Assembly: GCA_964016885.1 (NCBI GenBank)
Contig: OZ024743.1
Span: 258,540,001 to 258,604,000, forward strand
DNA from: Eledone cirrhosa
Lineage: Eukaryota
Length of the DNA stretch: 64,000 nt
Direction: 5' to 3'
This document shows positions 13,051-25,831 of the stretch, piece by piece. Below the pieces are notes generated by a model that saw nothing but the letters and a program-made list of their open reading frames with translations, was not told where the DNA came from and did no database searches. The stretch's first letter is position 1, and each line of letters opens with the position of its first letter. Made by a program: the position numbers and the translations under genes.

Positions 13051-13906
13051 AAATTGTTCAAGTGTTCATGTAATTGTTATAGAAAAGAGCTTGTTGTTTT
13101 TTTCTAGGATAAACTCTATCTTTGTTTTTGTTGAAATGCTTATTTGTTTTTATGTTTTTGTCTGATTTAATAAAAAATCAGGAAGATAATGATATATGGA
13201 ATGGATGGGAAAGAAATGTTAAAATAAATAGAGACAGCATTCATAGATTTCTTTGTGTCATGAAATATATGTTTATTGAAACTAATGAAGAATAAACACA
13301 ATTTCTGATCTGAAATTAACGACATCATTATAAACAGCAGCAACAATGATAACAAACTGCAACAACAGCTGGTATGAAGCTTGTTGTTAATGTAAGAGTC
13401 TGGTTTTAAACTAAAGTACATCATTATATATTGAATTCTGATGCTCTTATCAAGTTTGATTTTTTTTTTCCTCTCTTGTTTTCTTTCAACAATCTTAGTT
13501 ACAATTTGTGTCATTAACTCTTTGGATACCAACTCTCTCAAAACCACATCTCTTTCTATGGAACACAACCACCCATTTTAAAGGGCTCTTACTTAAATTA
13601 GAACCTTTGAACATATTTTTTTAGAAAAATATTTTCTCATGTTACAAATCCCACCTTAATGAAATTAGTACTATAATAAATACTTCATTAATTAACTAAA
13701 ATACGAAGTATTTCATTAGAAATGCGTTAATGAAAGGGTTAATGCTACACTTCTACCATTACAAACATCTTAAAGCAAAGGTTACTCTTGCAGGTCCCAA
13801 AGATCAGGCTTCTTTGTAGGTCATGTAACTTAGTAATTTGACAAATTAGTTCCAGACTTGAAAAACATAGTTGCTGAAGTTGATATAAACAACTAAATCT
13901 CTTTAA

Positions 13907-14125
13907 CCCTTTAGCATTCAAAATGTCTGTATCCGACCAGAATTCTCTCATCTTGTTCTGTTCAAACTGTTTGTAACCAACCGCTCATACTGATGTTAAG
14001 GTATTGTTCTCAAAATAAATAATATGAAAATCTCATAGATTCAATATTATGAGATAATTATATGAGGTAAAGCCTTTACCATGAAATTACAATAGTAAAT
14101 ATAGAGCAATGTAAATATTAAAGGG
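13907..14125. mobile_element. TTAA-flanked piggyBac-like MITE
   Basis: TTAA|CCCTTTAG ... TAAAGGG|TTAA. Confidence 0.7.
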
Positions 14126-14130
14126 TTAAG

Positions 14131-14372
14131 GCAGTGCCTCAGCATAGTTCCTATCTAATGACTGCAACCAGTAAAATAACAGTACCCCAGAATGGCCAAA
14201 CTCTAATGACAGAAACCAGTAAAATAACAATGCCCCAATATGGCTTCACTCTAATGACTGAAACCAGTAAAATAACAGTGCCCCAGCATGGCCAAACTCT
14301 AATGACTGAAACCAGTAAAATAACAGTGCCCCAGCATGGCTACAGTCTAATGACTGAAACTGGTAAAAGATT
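14131..14372 (+). repeat. 48-bp tandem repeat x5 (probably an amplified SINE 3' tail)
   Basis: unit aaaataacagtgccccagcatggccaaactctaatgactgaaaccagt. Confidence 0.9.
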
Positions 14373-15554
14373 CAACAGAAACTCCATAAGTTGAAATAAC
14401 ATTTGGAGACCATTCATAGCATCATCTAGAATAATAATGTTGTTGTTTCACAGTGGTCACAAATCTTTAATGCCAGATGTTTTTTTTTTAAATCCTTCAA
14501 TGGTTAAGGCTTGGGAGTTGGAATACTATTGTTCCAAACAAAGAATAAAAAAAAACTAATAAGGAAATAAGAAAAATATCATGAATAAAAAAGAACAATC
14601 TGAAACACATTTGTGTCTTTGATCTAATTATGGAAAGAAAAGCTGTTTTCTGTTTACCTAATATATATCTGCAGCAAAATAGGTGGACTTTTTCAAGGCT
14701 GATTGTATGGAGTGGTATAACTGCACATTAATAATTTCTCAGACCCGTGAAAACTCAGCTTTCTTAGAGGTGGCATTTACTCACCTCATCATAGCTATGT
14801 TACTGGGTTGTGAGAGATTTCTTGGGAGTTAACAGTGTCACCCATTGCTCAATCTCCCTTAGTAGTTTACTGTTGTTGGTCCACGGCTGCTTATTAATCC
14901 AGCAGGAGATTGTATAAATCACAATTAACCATCATATCTGGTGGCTGTGTTGCTAACCACCACCTGTGACTTGTTCTCCAGCAGAACAGCTCTGCCAAGG
15001 GTCTGAGAGAAGTACCAAATGGGTGAATCGTGCAAATAAAACCACCAAAACACTGCAATATGGTTAGATTAAATAAAAGCATACATACAGCCTCAGCCTT
15101 CATGCAGGATGACAAAGGATGTATTCAGGCTTTAGGGAGAGTGACCTGTTTGAAAAATATATTGCAATCTCCATCCAACGCTGAAAGAACTAGTGATAGG
15201 CCTGCAACCTGTCCTGAGAAGAGTGGGATGGACGTATAAAGAATGCATATTCTTAGACGCCAAAGTGGGTTCAGAAGGGAGCAGACTTTTACAATTGGCA
15301 ACTGGAAGCTTACATAGATAATTTTGTCTGAAACAATCGTAGAACAATAGATTAATTAATTACTCCTTGTTTTTGTGTGCCATCTATTATATCTTCATCT
15401 TGCAGAATTCGCTTATGCCTTGGCATTTAGCAGAGATGCTTTACAACCCTAGCATGCACCTCTTTGTTCGCCATCTCCAATCTCCCTATCTTTATTCTCA
15501 TTGTTCGTGTGACTAGGTTTTTGTGGAGCTTATACTCAACACTGTATTTATTAG

Positions 15555-15599
15555 GCTCTGAGGATTCCTGCCAAAAGGTGAGGATGAAACATTGTAAGT
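15555..15599 (+). ncRNA. Minimal hammerhead motif followed by AATAAA
   Basis: gct-CTGAGGA-ttcctgcc aaaa ggtgaggat-GAAA-cattg-TA-agt, AATAAA at 15601. Confidence 0.7.
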
Positions 15600-16587
15600 A
15601 AATAAAGACTGTTTGAGTATGTAAGCATTATTTGGTTTCTTTTGCATATAATGGCTCTGTTCTTGTACATTGAGCTAACACAATACTGCCATAATACAGT
15701 ACAGTGCATGAGTGTTTATGCACATACACTCCGTGCTTTACGTAAATAAATTATATATATATATCTGTAGGAAAAGGTACACAGTATCCCTGCATGTTGT
15801 AACAGGTAACTAAAAGTGTTGGTACCAAGAAGAGGATCCAGTTGTAAAACAATGCCTCACAAAAGACACCATGATCAATATAAAGTCTATTAAAGGATCT
15901 GCAAGTTTACCTATGACTTTAGCACATTAAATGGCCTTAAAATGTTTGTTGGTTGTGAGTATATATATGAGGTTATAGTGTAAAAGTTCACTATTTACAT
16001 TGGTAAGATGAGTTAAGCTCAATGCCCTTTTTTACCCTTCGTTCTTCATCAGCAAATATAAACTGGATGAATATAGAGCAGTTACAGTAGCAGAGCATAA
16101 TGGATTAATTTTATGGATAATGTTTTGTTTTTTTTGTCTACACAATTGATGAGATATTCTAACCACATTGAAACACCTGTAGAGATGTATAAATAAATAA
16201 TCTTAACTATAATAAAGAAAGGAGTGCGGGACTGCATCCAGAATTTAATTTTTTATCCAGTTTATAAAATAAGTTGGATTACTTTGAATAAATAATTAAT
16301 GAATATTACATAATTTATCTACTAAATTTCGTAACACATGATTAAACATATTTAAAAAATATTATTGCATAGTTCAAGACTCACTTCTTTTAAAAATTCA
16401 AATTTCAATACTTCCGGTATAGCTATACTATATATAGAGAGAGAGAGTGAAAGAGAAAGATGAAGCGATTTGGATTTTTTTCAACACGCTGATGTGTGTG
16501 TGTTGTTGTTGTTTGATTTTATAAAATTCCTCGAGCGAGAAAGAGAGATTATATGTGTGAGTATATAAAGAGAGTAGTGACTGTGAC

Positions 16588-16618
<31 letters not shown>

Positions 16619-16979
16619 GTAACTCTAATTACGCAAACACAAACTTATAAAAAAAAACGCTCACGGACATACATTCACACAAATACACATACTTTCACAC
16701 ATATACATTTACACAAACACAGACATACAGTCATGATAGCAGCGTTCGGTGAATTGGAAATGGGAGGGTAATACAAGTATGTTTTATTTATTTATTAACA
16801 ACACGGTTAACTCTTTTTTTAAAACTCATTTGTATAAAAATTTAATATAAAGGTTACAGAACGAAAACACTTACAAATATAATATATACAAAGGAAAGGG
16901 AAAGGAAAAAATGAAAGAAAAAATACACAGACACTTAATACCTACATCTTAGACCACATCAACAAAAGGCAGGCGAAAG

Positions 16980-17495
16980 GGGTGGACAAATGAGACACTA
17001 CCAGAGTGAAAGATAACAATATAATGAGGAGCACTGGGGGAACCTCTCTAATAATTTTTTAGGCAAGCCAGCACACTCGCAGCTTTACCTGGGGTGATGG
17101 TGAGGCTGAGGTGCTTGAACAACCAAGTGCCTTCACGAGCATCACCAGTTACCTTTGTTTGTCGAGCCACCAGTGAAGATAAGAACCTCGCTGTCAGTAG
17201 CCCAACTCCCCCAAACGTCTCGAACGCCACAGGCTGGATAATGTAGTTAGCTGACAGAACACGGTATTTTAGGATTTTGTTCCGTTCAGCTGTAGATGCT
17301 GTAGCTCTCGCCTTACCACTGCATCCAGAATGTGGGAAGAAGCAAAAGAGTCACTAACTGTGACGTCCCAAGTAAAGCAACTGTCTCTTGACCAGGAGCA
17401 CAGAGTAAGACCGTCAAATCTTTTCCCATCAATTCAGGACAACCCAGATGGTTCCAAAATTATGGGGATGCTTGCCCGGGCCAAAGCTCTTAAGT
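16980..17495 (-). mobile_element. CRE-like non-LTR retrotransposon, RLE domain fragment
   Basis: translation LEPSGLS.IDGKRFDGLTL..WSR...TWDVTVSDS...KILKY...VAFETFGG. Confidence 0.8.
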
Positions 17496-17679
17496 GGTAA
17501 TAGGACAGTGTGTGTATGTGTATGTGTGCGAGTTTGTCGGTGTTCTTAAATTAGAGACATATGTGTGTCACTGTTTTTAAGTTAGAGACATATATGTGTA
17601 TCCCTTTCCTTCCTTTTACACACACATACATTCACACAAACACACATACACATTGTGTGATGGACGGGTGGACAAAAGT

Positions 17680-18322
17680 CCCTCAAATTTATATACATGC
17701 GAATGGAGTTCTACTGAAGCAGTTAGAGAAGTTCAAGTATCTTGAGTGGTGGAATGCAGGAGGGGGAATTAAGTGCAGGAATTGCAAAAGCTGTTGCAGT
17801 AATGCGCCAGCCTCAGCAATCAGAAGAAGGGGGTGCGTGTAAAAGCCAAACTTGCTGTCTTCCTGGTATTCCTGCCAACTCTTACCAAGAATCATGAATC
17901 TTGAGTAATGACCAAAAGAATACAATTGCAAATAAAAGCGGCAGAAATGGGATTCCTCCGAAGGGTCTTTGGAGTAACGTTACTCGATAAAGTGCATAGC
18001 TCAGAGACCAGAGAGTCACAACTGGTAGAGCCGCTACTTCTCCAAATTGAGAGATCACAACTCCGATATTATGAGCATGTGGTTAGAATGTCTCAGTAAA
18101 GAATCGCTGGACACATTTTACAGGCAAAACCAACCGTCAAGGGACCCAGAGGTAGACCCTGAGCAAGATAGTTGGACAACATCCATGAGCTTGGCTGGTC
18201 ACACTTTGGGATCCAGCTGGATCAGTGAAAGATGTTTGCTTCTGACAAACTCGCTGGAAGAAGTGTTTCAGAAGGTCTCTGCCCCCACGACCCTCTCAGA
18301 AATAAGTGGGCGAAGAAGATAT
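17680..18322 (+). mobile_element. RTE (Expander/Rex3-like) 3' fragment
   Basis: AAEMGFLRRVFGVTLLDKV..VEPLLLQIERSQLRYYEHVVRM. Confidence 0.8.
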
Positions 18323-18975
18323 TGTCGATTTACTTTTCAATTTACATATATATATTTACGTATAATACCAATATGCACACTACATATACGGTTTTTCTGC
18401 TAGTAATAATAATGATCCTTGGTCTTACTGAATTTTGAATTATATATATGTAGAAGTAACTACAGAGTCTTCAGGGTAATAGACTAAGACATGAAAGTTG
18501 CTGAAAGGTTTATAGCATAAACAATTAGAGAAAGAATCAAGTTAGATGAGATGCAGTTTTGATTTATGCCAGATAGGAGTATTACTGATGTCCTCTTTCT
18601 GGTGAGAAAGGGCATCCAGTTGTAGAGGGCTTGCCAAATAAAGAGTTGGGGCAGACACTTAGTTGCGTCAAAAACATAACCTCTTCTGTATACTCAGAAG
18701 AATGTGAGACCGTACATAAGTGAGACACAGATCCCTGACCTGTCTGGGAGATCAGTGGCCCTACTTCATTACTGATCTGATCTGTGTAGACCTCTTGCTA
18801 GCAAGGAAAGCAGACATTAAAACAAGGATGATGATGATGTATAAAATACGTATTTGTGTGTGTATATATATATATGCATTTGTATTTTTCTTTCTTTTTT
18901 TTTGGCAAGATTTTTTATCTGCAAACGTGTGTTGAAACAGTTATTATTATACTTCGGGAGGGCCATGCTGCCAGT

Positions 18976-19094
<119 letters not shown>

Positions 19095-19185
19095 TATAAT
19101 GCATGTATAGCCCAAGTACACAGCTCACAAAAACAAGATGGTGTAAGACAGAACAAAGGAGAGACACAAAGTAACAATAAAAGTA

Positions 19186-19228
19186 GTCACTGAGGAGGTC
19201 ACAGATTGTGTGACAAAAGAGCTTTGAC
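19186..19228 (+). ncRNA. Degenerate hammerhead motif (GAAA>AAAA); second copy at 32171-32213
   Basis: gtca-CTGAGGA-ggtcaca gat tgtgtgac-AAAA-gagc-TT-tgac. Confidence 0.5.
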
Positions 19229-20149
19229 AATCAACATTTAAACAACCATCATTCTTTCGCCTATGCTACAGGTTGTCTCACCTATGTATATCATGTTCCT
19301 GTTCCTACACTGTCCATCTGTGCATCATATGCTATATACTATGTTCCTAGTTTTACAGTTAATATGTGGGTTTAATCTGCAAACTATATATTTTCTATCT
19401 ATGCATCGAATTTTCTGAAATGGGTACATTTTATGGGAATACCTGGTTTTTGTGCTGTCTTAATATTTGATTTTAATTTGTCTTGAGCCCTTCTAAATCT
19501 GTATGATAGATCACATCTGGGGTAGCATTGACAGGCTTACATTCTGCTATTTATTGCTGTCATACCAAGAGTTAATCTTATTTGTCTTTTACTTGGTTCT
19601 CAATATCCTATTTGTATATACATATATAATTGTTTCTACTTTTGGCACAAGGCCAGCAATTACCCAGTACATTACTGGTACTTTATTTTATCGACACCCG
19701 TAATGTATATACTTTATTTTATCGATCCCCGTACCGTATGTATATACATATATAATATGTAGTAAAATGTGTGTGTGTCTGTACAGTGGTCTATTTCTGT
19801 TTGCTAATTTGTTAAATGAATTTAAAATACTTCAAAAACAAAAGCAAGGTATTAAAAGTAGGAAAGAACGACAATTTGATAGAAGAAAGATAAAAAAAAA
19901 TATATTCTTCACTGATAGATAAAAAAAGTAAATGGTAAATTTATGGAAGTTATTTTGATATTTGTTAGCTGCTTCTATGTGTTAGTGTTAGCCAGCCATA
20001 TGTTATAAAATTTGCTTTCACTCGGTTTCAATGGGATTTAAACTGAGCAAAGCACATAATTATAATTGCTGCAGCCTTTAACAGAGGTTCTTTTCAACCA
20101 TTCTACCTTTCCACCATCATCTTTATGTTCTCAGTGTATGTAAAATATA

Positions 20150-20640
20150 AGTAAAACCTACTACAGTCAGCAGGCATCTCTAACAAAATACACCCCCCCC
20201 CGTCCCACCACCGCCACCCCATCCACACCGCCCCTTTCAATGTAAAGTTATGTTGGTGCCACAACATCCAGGCCGAAACATATGAGATCGTGTAGGTGTC
20301 ATGACAAAAAAAACACACAGTCCACGCTGTAATGTGGCCTTGTAGGTAACACGGTAAAAACCTCCCAGCCCCACACTGTAAATGTGGTTGGTGTTAGGAA
20401 GGGCATCCAGCTGTAGAAAACCCGCCAGAGAGTCCACGCTGTAATGTGGCCATGTAGGCAACACGGAAAAAACCTCCCAGCCCCACACTGTAAATGTGGT
20501 TGGTGTTAGGAAGGGCATCCAACTGTAGAAAACCCGCCAGACAGTCCTATGCGAGCAAGACAACCACTCTTGCCTCAAGTGGGAAAACTCCCGTCCAAAC
20601 CCATGCAAGCGTGGAACATGGACGTTAAACGATGATGATA
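20150..20640 (+). mobile_element. RTE 3' UTR-only copy with internal ~110-bp tandem duplication
   Basis: matches the 3' UTR of 7928-8283; the block agtccacgctgtaatgtggcc...cccgccaga occurs twice. Confidence 0.8.
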
Positions 20641-20642
20641 TG

Positions 20643-20676
<34 letters not shown>

Positions 20677-21131
20677 GGCAGAATTCTAGGAGAAGGAAAA
20701 CTCTGATATAACACCTGCAACTCTGATGGTATCCAATGATGTTGACTTGTTCTTCTTTTTGGTAAATATCATCTTGGTTAAGAGAGTGGGACTGGCTTTG
20801 TGCAGTGCCTTTGCTCACTATAAAAGCTTCACGCCACAGGCATTGCTTTATATCTGGAGATCTCTTTGCACTTGTCGTCACATGGTACCATGGGCCCAGC
20901 ACTATGTGTCAATAATTGTCACAGGTGTAATGTTTGTACCAGAGTTTTCAAGTCACTGGCTGGACTAAAAAGTCACACTCGTTCAGCGCATCGGTAGGGG
21001 TTCTCCTACATGGATATAAAGTAGTGGCCGTACTCAAAAACGAGTTGGCAGCCACCATATATATATATATGTATATATATATATACATATATGTATATAT
21101 GTTCGTATGTATATATGTATATATATGTATA

Positions 21132-21217
<86 letters not shown>

Positions 21218-21220
<3 letters not shown>

Positions 21221-21450
21221 TCATCATCATCATCATCATCGTTTAACGTCCATCTTCCACGCTTGCATGGGTTTGGAAGGGAATTTTCCCACTTCAGGCA
21301 AGATTGGTTGTCTTGCTCATATAGGACTGTCTGGCGGATTTTCTATGGCTGGATGCCCTTCCTAACACCAACCACGTTTACAGTGTGGACTGGGAGGTTT
21401 TTACCGTGTTTCCTACACGGACACATTACAGCGTGGACTGTGTGTTTTTT
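21218..21450 (-). mobile_element. RTE 3' UTR fragment between TA tracts
   Basis: (ATC)n tail followed by gtttaacgtcc...ggatgcccttcctaacaccaacca. Confidence 0.8.
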
Positions 21451-21818
21451 ATATATATATATGTATCTATGTATACATATATGTATATATATATATGTAT
21501 ATATATATGTATATATGTATACATATATGTATATATATATATATATGTATATATATATGTATATATGTATACATATATGTATATATATATGTATATATAT
21601 ATATATATGTATATATGTACATATATGTATATATATATATACATATAGGTATAATATATATATATATGTATATATGTACATATATGTATATATGTATATA
21701 TATATATATATATATATACATATATGTATGTATGCATAATATATATGTATATATATATGCATGGATGTATAATGTATGTGTGTGTAAATGTGTATATAAA
21801 AGTGTATACATATGTGTT

Positions 21819-21859
<41 letters not shown>

Positions 21860-21944
21860 ATGTGTGAGTATAGGTATGTATCTCTATATGGGGAGGGTAT
21901 ATATATATATAAGGGGAGGTGTATATATATATATATATATGGGG

Positions 21945-22010
<66 letters not shown>
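21451..22010. repeat. Long interrupted (TA)/(TG) microsatellite
   Basis: direct inspection; a pure TA-rich tract also lies at 21058-21218. Confidence 0.95.
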
Positions 22011-22013
<3 letters not shown>

Positions 22014-22319
22014 TATGTATGTGTATCTATCTACTTACATATGTACATATATACACCTGTATGTCTCAATAATGTTTTCTTTTCTTTGTCACAAGGGAAA
22101 TATTCCAAGCATACAACTTAATGAATTCTTAAATGTCAGTGAGAAGTACCTACATTTCACTAATCTAAAGCAATTTCCAAATATATACTTCACTGAAACC
22201 TAAGGTCATATAGCCTACATTCAGCAGGAAATAGGTTTCTTATTTACATAAATGCCTACATAAATATGTGTGTCTGCTTTCAATTTCAACCATTTCATAT
22301 ATATATATATGTATATATA

Positions 22320-22353
<34 letters not shown>

Positions 22354-22527
22354 AGAGTGTGTGTGTATTTGTAGATTATGCATATTTATATATATATATA
22401 TACATATATATGTATAGGATCCCGAAGTAAATCGGGAGGTGAGCACTGTCAAAAAAGCCACTCTACATTAGTAGAGTATAGGTATATTCGTTTTAAAATG
22501 AATATATATATATAAATGTATGTAAAT

Positions 22528-22890
22528 TATAAATTACACAATAATCAAAACTATGTTCAAAACATTTTATTGCTGACAATCGTTTCTTCCAAACTTTTGT
22601 TTGGAATCATCGGAACACTAGCAAAGTTTGGACATATAATTAACTTGGACATAAAGTTTGGACATATAATTAAGTTAATTATATGCCCAAACTTTGCTAG
22701 AGCTCCGATGTTTCCAAACAAAAGTTTGGAAGAAACGATTGTCCTCAATAAAATGTTTTGAACATAGTTTTGATTATTGTGTAATTTATATTCCTGCTTT
22801 GTAAAACATCTGATGTATTTACATTGAGCTATTTTTCTTACTGGTAATAAGGTAGTAATAAATTACTGACCTTTCCTGTTTATAGTTGTA
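22528..22890. mobile_element. Fold-back PLE pLTR cassette (arms 22528-22646 and 22672-22790)
   Basis: ~119-bp inverted arms; 22800-22885 matches the rc of 1055-1143 (3' end of the first Penelope). Confidence 0.85.
22571..22617 (-). ncRNA. Hammerhead motif (CCGATGA core); degenerate mirror copy at 22701-22747 (+)
   Basis: rc: tgtt-CCGATGA-ttccaaac aaaa gtttggaa-GAAA-cgattg-TC-agca, AATAAA overlapping the stem end. Confidence 0.72.
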
Positions 22891-24468
22891 TATAATGTAT
22901 ACATAATTATAAATAATATTAATATTATTATTATAAATGTATGTATGCATTTATGTATATATATGTCAGGTCGCTCTTCAGCACTTCTGGTAACATGTAA
23001 CCCTGTACAATCTGTGCATGGTCAGGTCGTCAGCGACTAAACTGGCAACCCCACCAAGCTTGCATGGTGAGGAGGGAAAATTTGGGCACACTACAGGATG
23101 AAAAACAAAACCCATCAAAAGGCAGAGGAATTCAGGAGAGTCAATGGCCATCCAATCAAATTTTTTTTTTTCCTTGTGGAGAGAGAGACTCCTAGTCTTC
23201 ATTAAGACATCTTTCTAGGGGAAGATCACTCTGATATAAAACCTGCGACTTCATTTGCATCCAATGATGTAGACTAGTACTTCTTTTTGGGTAAAAGCAT
23301 TCGATGTTTAGAGAGTGGGATTAAAAAAGCATCAAGCACAGGCATCACTTGATATGTGACATTTTTTACAATACATGGTATTGTTGGCCATAGCAGGACT
23401 AAAAAGACACATGCACGATGCTCATGCTTAAGTATCAAGTGTTGGCATTATTGCATACATATATGTATGTAGGTACACATACATATATATATAGATGTGT
23501 GTTGGGTGTAGCAAAACTAAGGCGAGAGATTTTAACTTTTTCCCCCAGTTGACTACATAGATCATTGCAACCACAGATGCTGACCGTTTGGCCCTATAGA
23601 TAAGCAATTCATCTCGTTCTGTACTCAATGAATTTTACTTCCTTTGTTTTGGGATTTATGTCTCCAAATTGTTTAGAGAAATGGTTTTTTAGAGGCCATC
23701 TGCTTATTATCAGAAGATATCATCATTCTCATAAATATTGACATTGGCTGTCCTGGGTTCTGGTCTTTTTGGGCCAGCAAGCTAAGACATTCATTCTCCC
23801 ATTCAGCTTCCAGCAAAGGTTAGTTACATTCAACTTTTAAGACTGCTACAACACGCATCCCTGCTAAACCATCACATAAACATTATACACAATTTTACTA
23901 TGACTGTTTGTTGTTTTTCCTATGTTATCACAATTACTTCGAAGCAAGTTATTGCTAAATAAAATTATTAGAGTTGCGGCTTTGTTATTGTTGATTCACT
24001 ACTTGCTATGTCAACCATACATCTCAAATCAGAGACAACCAGCCAATCTAATCAACAATACAACTACACACATTTGATCAACTAACTAACAAAATTATAA
24101 TGTCACTACATTTGATGACCCTAATGAATGAACATACCTTCTGATGTTGAGGAGATGGAACTGTCTGTTTTTCCAATTTCTTTTTTGTGCCATTGTCTTT
24201 GTCTTGTGCACCCCACTGTTTTGAATTCATATTCTAAAAACTTAGCCATGCAGGCTTTTTTTAAACTATCATATAATATATATATATATATAAATATATA
24301 TAAAAAAGAAAATTTCACTCTACATGGTTGAATAAATGTAATCTGAGTTTTTCGAATATTAATAATAACATTCAATTCGTTTGCAATTATGCAAACAAGC
24401 TTCAATTTTATAGCCATGTTAGTAGAATGAACACTTCATTCTTGCTCTTATGTTGGCATGCGAACAGA

Positions 24469-24514
24469 ACTGCAGACACTAATGTTTCTGGGTATCACCC
24501 TTCATCAGTACAGC
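24469..24514 (-). ncRNA. Type I hammerhead, canonical core, GUC site
   Basis: rc: gctgta-CTGATGA-agggt gat accca-GAAA-cattagtg-TC-tgcagt. Confidence 0.82.
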
Positions 24515-25175
24515 TCACTGTTCACCTGCCAAACTGTCAGAGCTAGTGGAAATATATGCTATTTTCAAAAATACACAGTGACTGATCGACCTGATTTGTA
24601 TATTAGCAGACTGGCTGATCAGTCAGATCTGCATATTAGCAGATCCATTGATCAGCCATATTTGCATATCAGCAGACTGGCCTGTCAGTTTCCTGAATAC
24701 AAGTGATAAAAGGCCGGCTTTGCCAAATTCAAATAAAAAAGAAAATTTCACTCTACATGGCTGAATTCGTTTGCAATTATGCAAACAAGCCTCAATTTTA
24801 TAGCCATGTCAGTAGAATGAACCCTTAATTATTGTTCTTATGTTGGCATGTGAATAGAACTGCAGACAGTAATGTTTCGAATGTTATTATTAATATTTGA
24901 AAAACTCAGATTACATTTATTGTATTCAGCCATGTAGAGCGAAATTTTCTTTTTTATTTGAATTTGGCAAAGCCGGCCATTTATCGCTCGTATTCAGGAA
25001 ACTGATAGGCCAGTCTGCTGATATGCAAATCTGGCTGATCAATGGATCTGCTAATATGCAGATCTGACTGATCAGCCAGTCTGCTAATATACAAATCAGG
25101 TCGATCAGTCACTGTGTATTTTTGAAAATAGCATATATTTCCACTAACTCTGACAGTTTGGCAGGTGAACAATGA

Positions 25176-25221
25176 GCTGTACTGATGAAGCGTGATACCC
25201 AGAAACATTAGTGTCTGCAGT
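25176..25221 (+). ncRNA. Type I hammerhead, mirror copy
   Basis: gctgta-CTGATGA-agcgtgataccca-GAAA-cattagtg-TC-tgcagt. Confidence 0.78.
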
Positions 25222-25470
25222 TCTGTTCGCATGCCAACATAAGAGCAAGAATGAAGTGTTCATTCTACTGACATGGCTATAAAATTGAGGCTCGTTTGCA
25301 TAATTGCAAATGAATCGAATGTTATTATTAATATTCGAAAAACTCAGATTACATTTGAATATATATATATATATATATTGTTATGCTTTGGGAGGGTCAT
25401 GTTGCCAACAAATTCAGAAACGAATATATATATATCATCATCGTTTAATGTCAGTCTTCCATGGAAATAT

Positions 25471-25767
25471 GTTTAGAAAGTGATGAATGGACTTTGAAAA
25501 TTGAAATAAAAGACTTTGTCATAACCTTTTGACTAAATAAAATAGCCCAATAATAATTGGATGTATAAATAAACTGAACAGAAAAAGATAGGCATCAACA
25601 CATACACATCGGAGTTGAACCGACAGCTCTTGTTTCCCAAATAAGTATGTTACCATTATGCCTATAATTCCACCCATCTCTTTCAGTTATTTTTAGGAGC
25701 TATGACATAATAACGATATCTAAACAAAGGAAGTATTTCAATTTTCAAACTCCGCTTACTGCTTTAT

Positions 25768-25771
<4 letters not shown>
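25471..25771. repeat. Diverged inverted-repeat element enclosing a tRNA-like A/B-box segment (-)
   Basis: tttgaaaattgaaata / tatttcaattttcaaa arms; rc TAGGCATAATGGT...GGTTCAACTCC at 25611-25664. Confidence 0.5.

Positions 25772-25831
<60 letters not shown>

Larger units (their letters stand above)
24301..25356. mobile_element. Retrozyme-like ~435-bp unit, tandem partial repeats arranged as a 1-kb palindrome
   Basis: the unit restarts at 24301 and 24734; an inverted copy spans ~24877-25356; no coding capacity. Confidence 0.85.

Noticed and set aside
14134-14394. ORF with 16-aa repeat MTETSKITVPQHGQTL; CRISPR-like periodicity
   Set aside because: A 48-bp tandem unit without unique spacers, in eukaryotic repeat context and with no cas genes.
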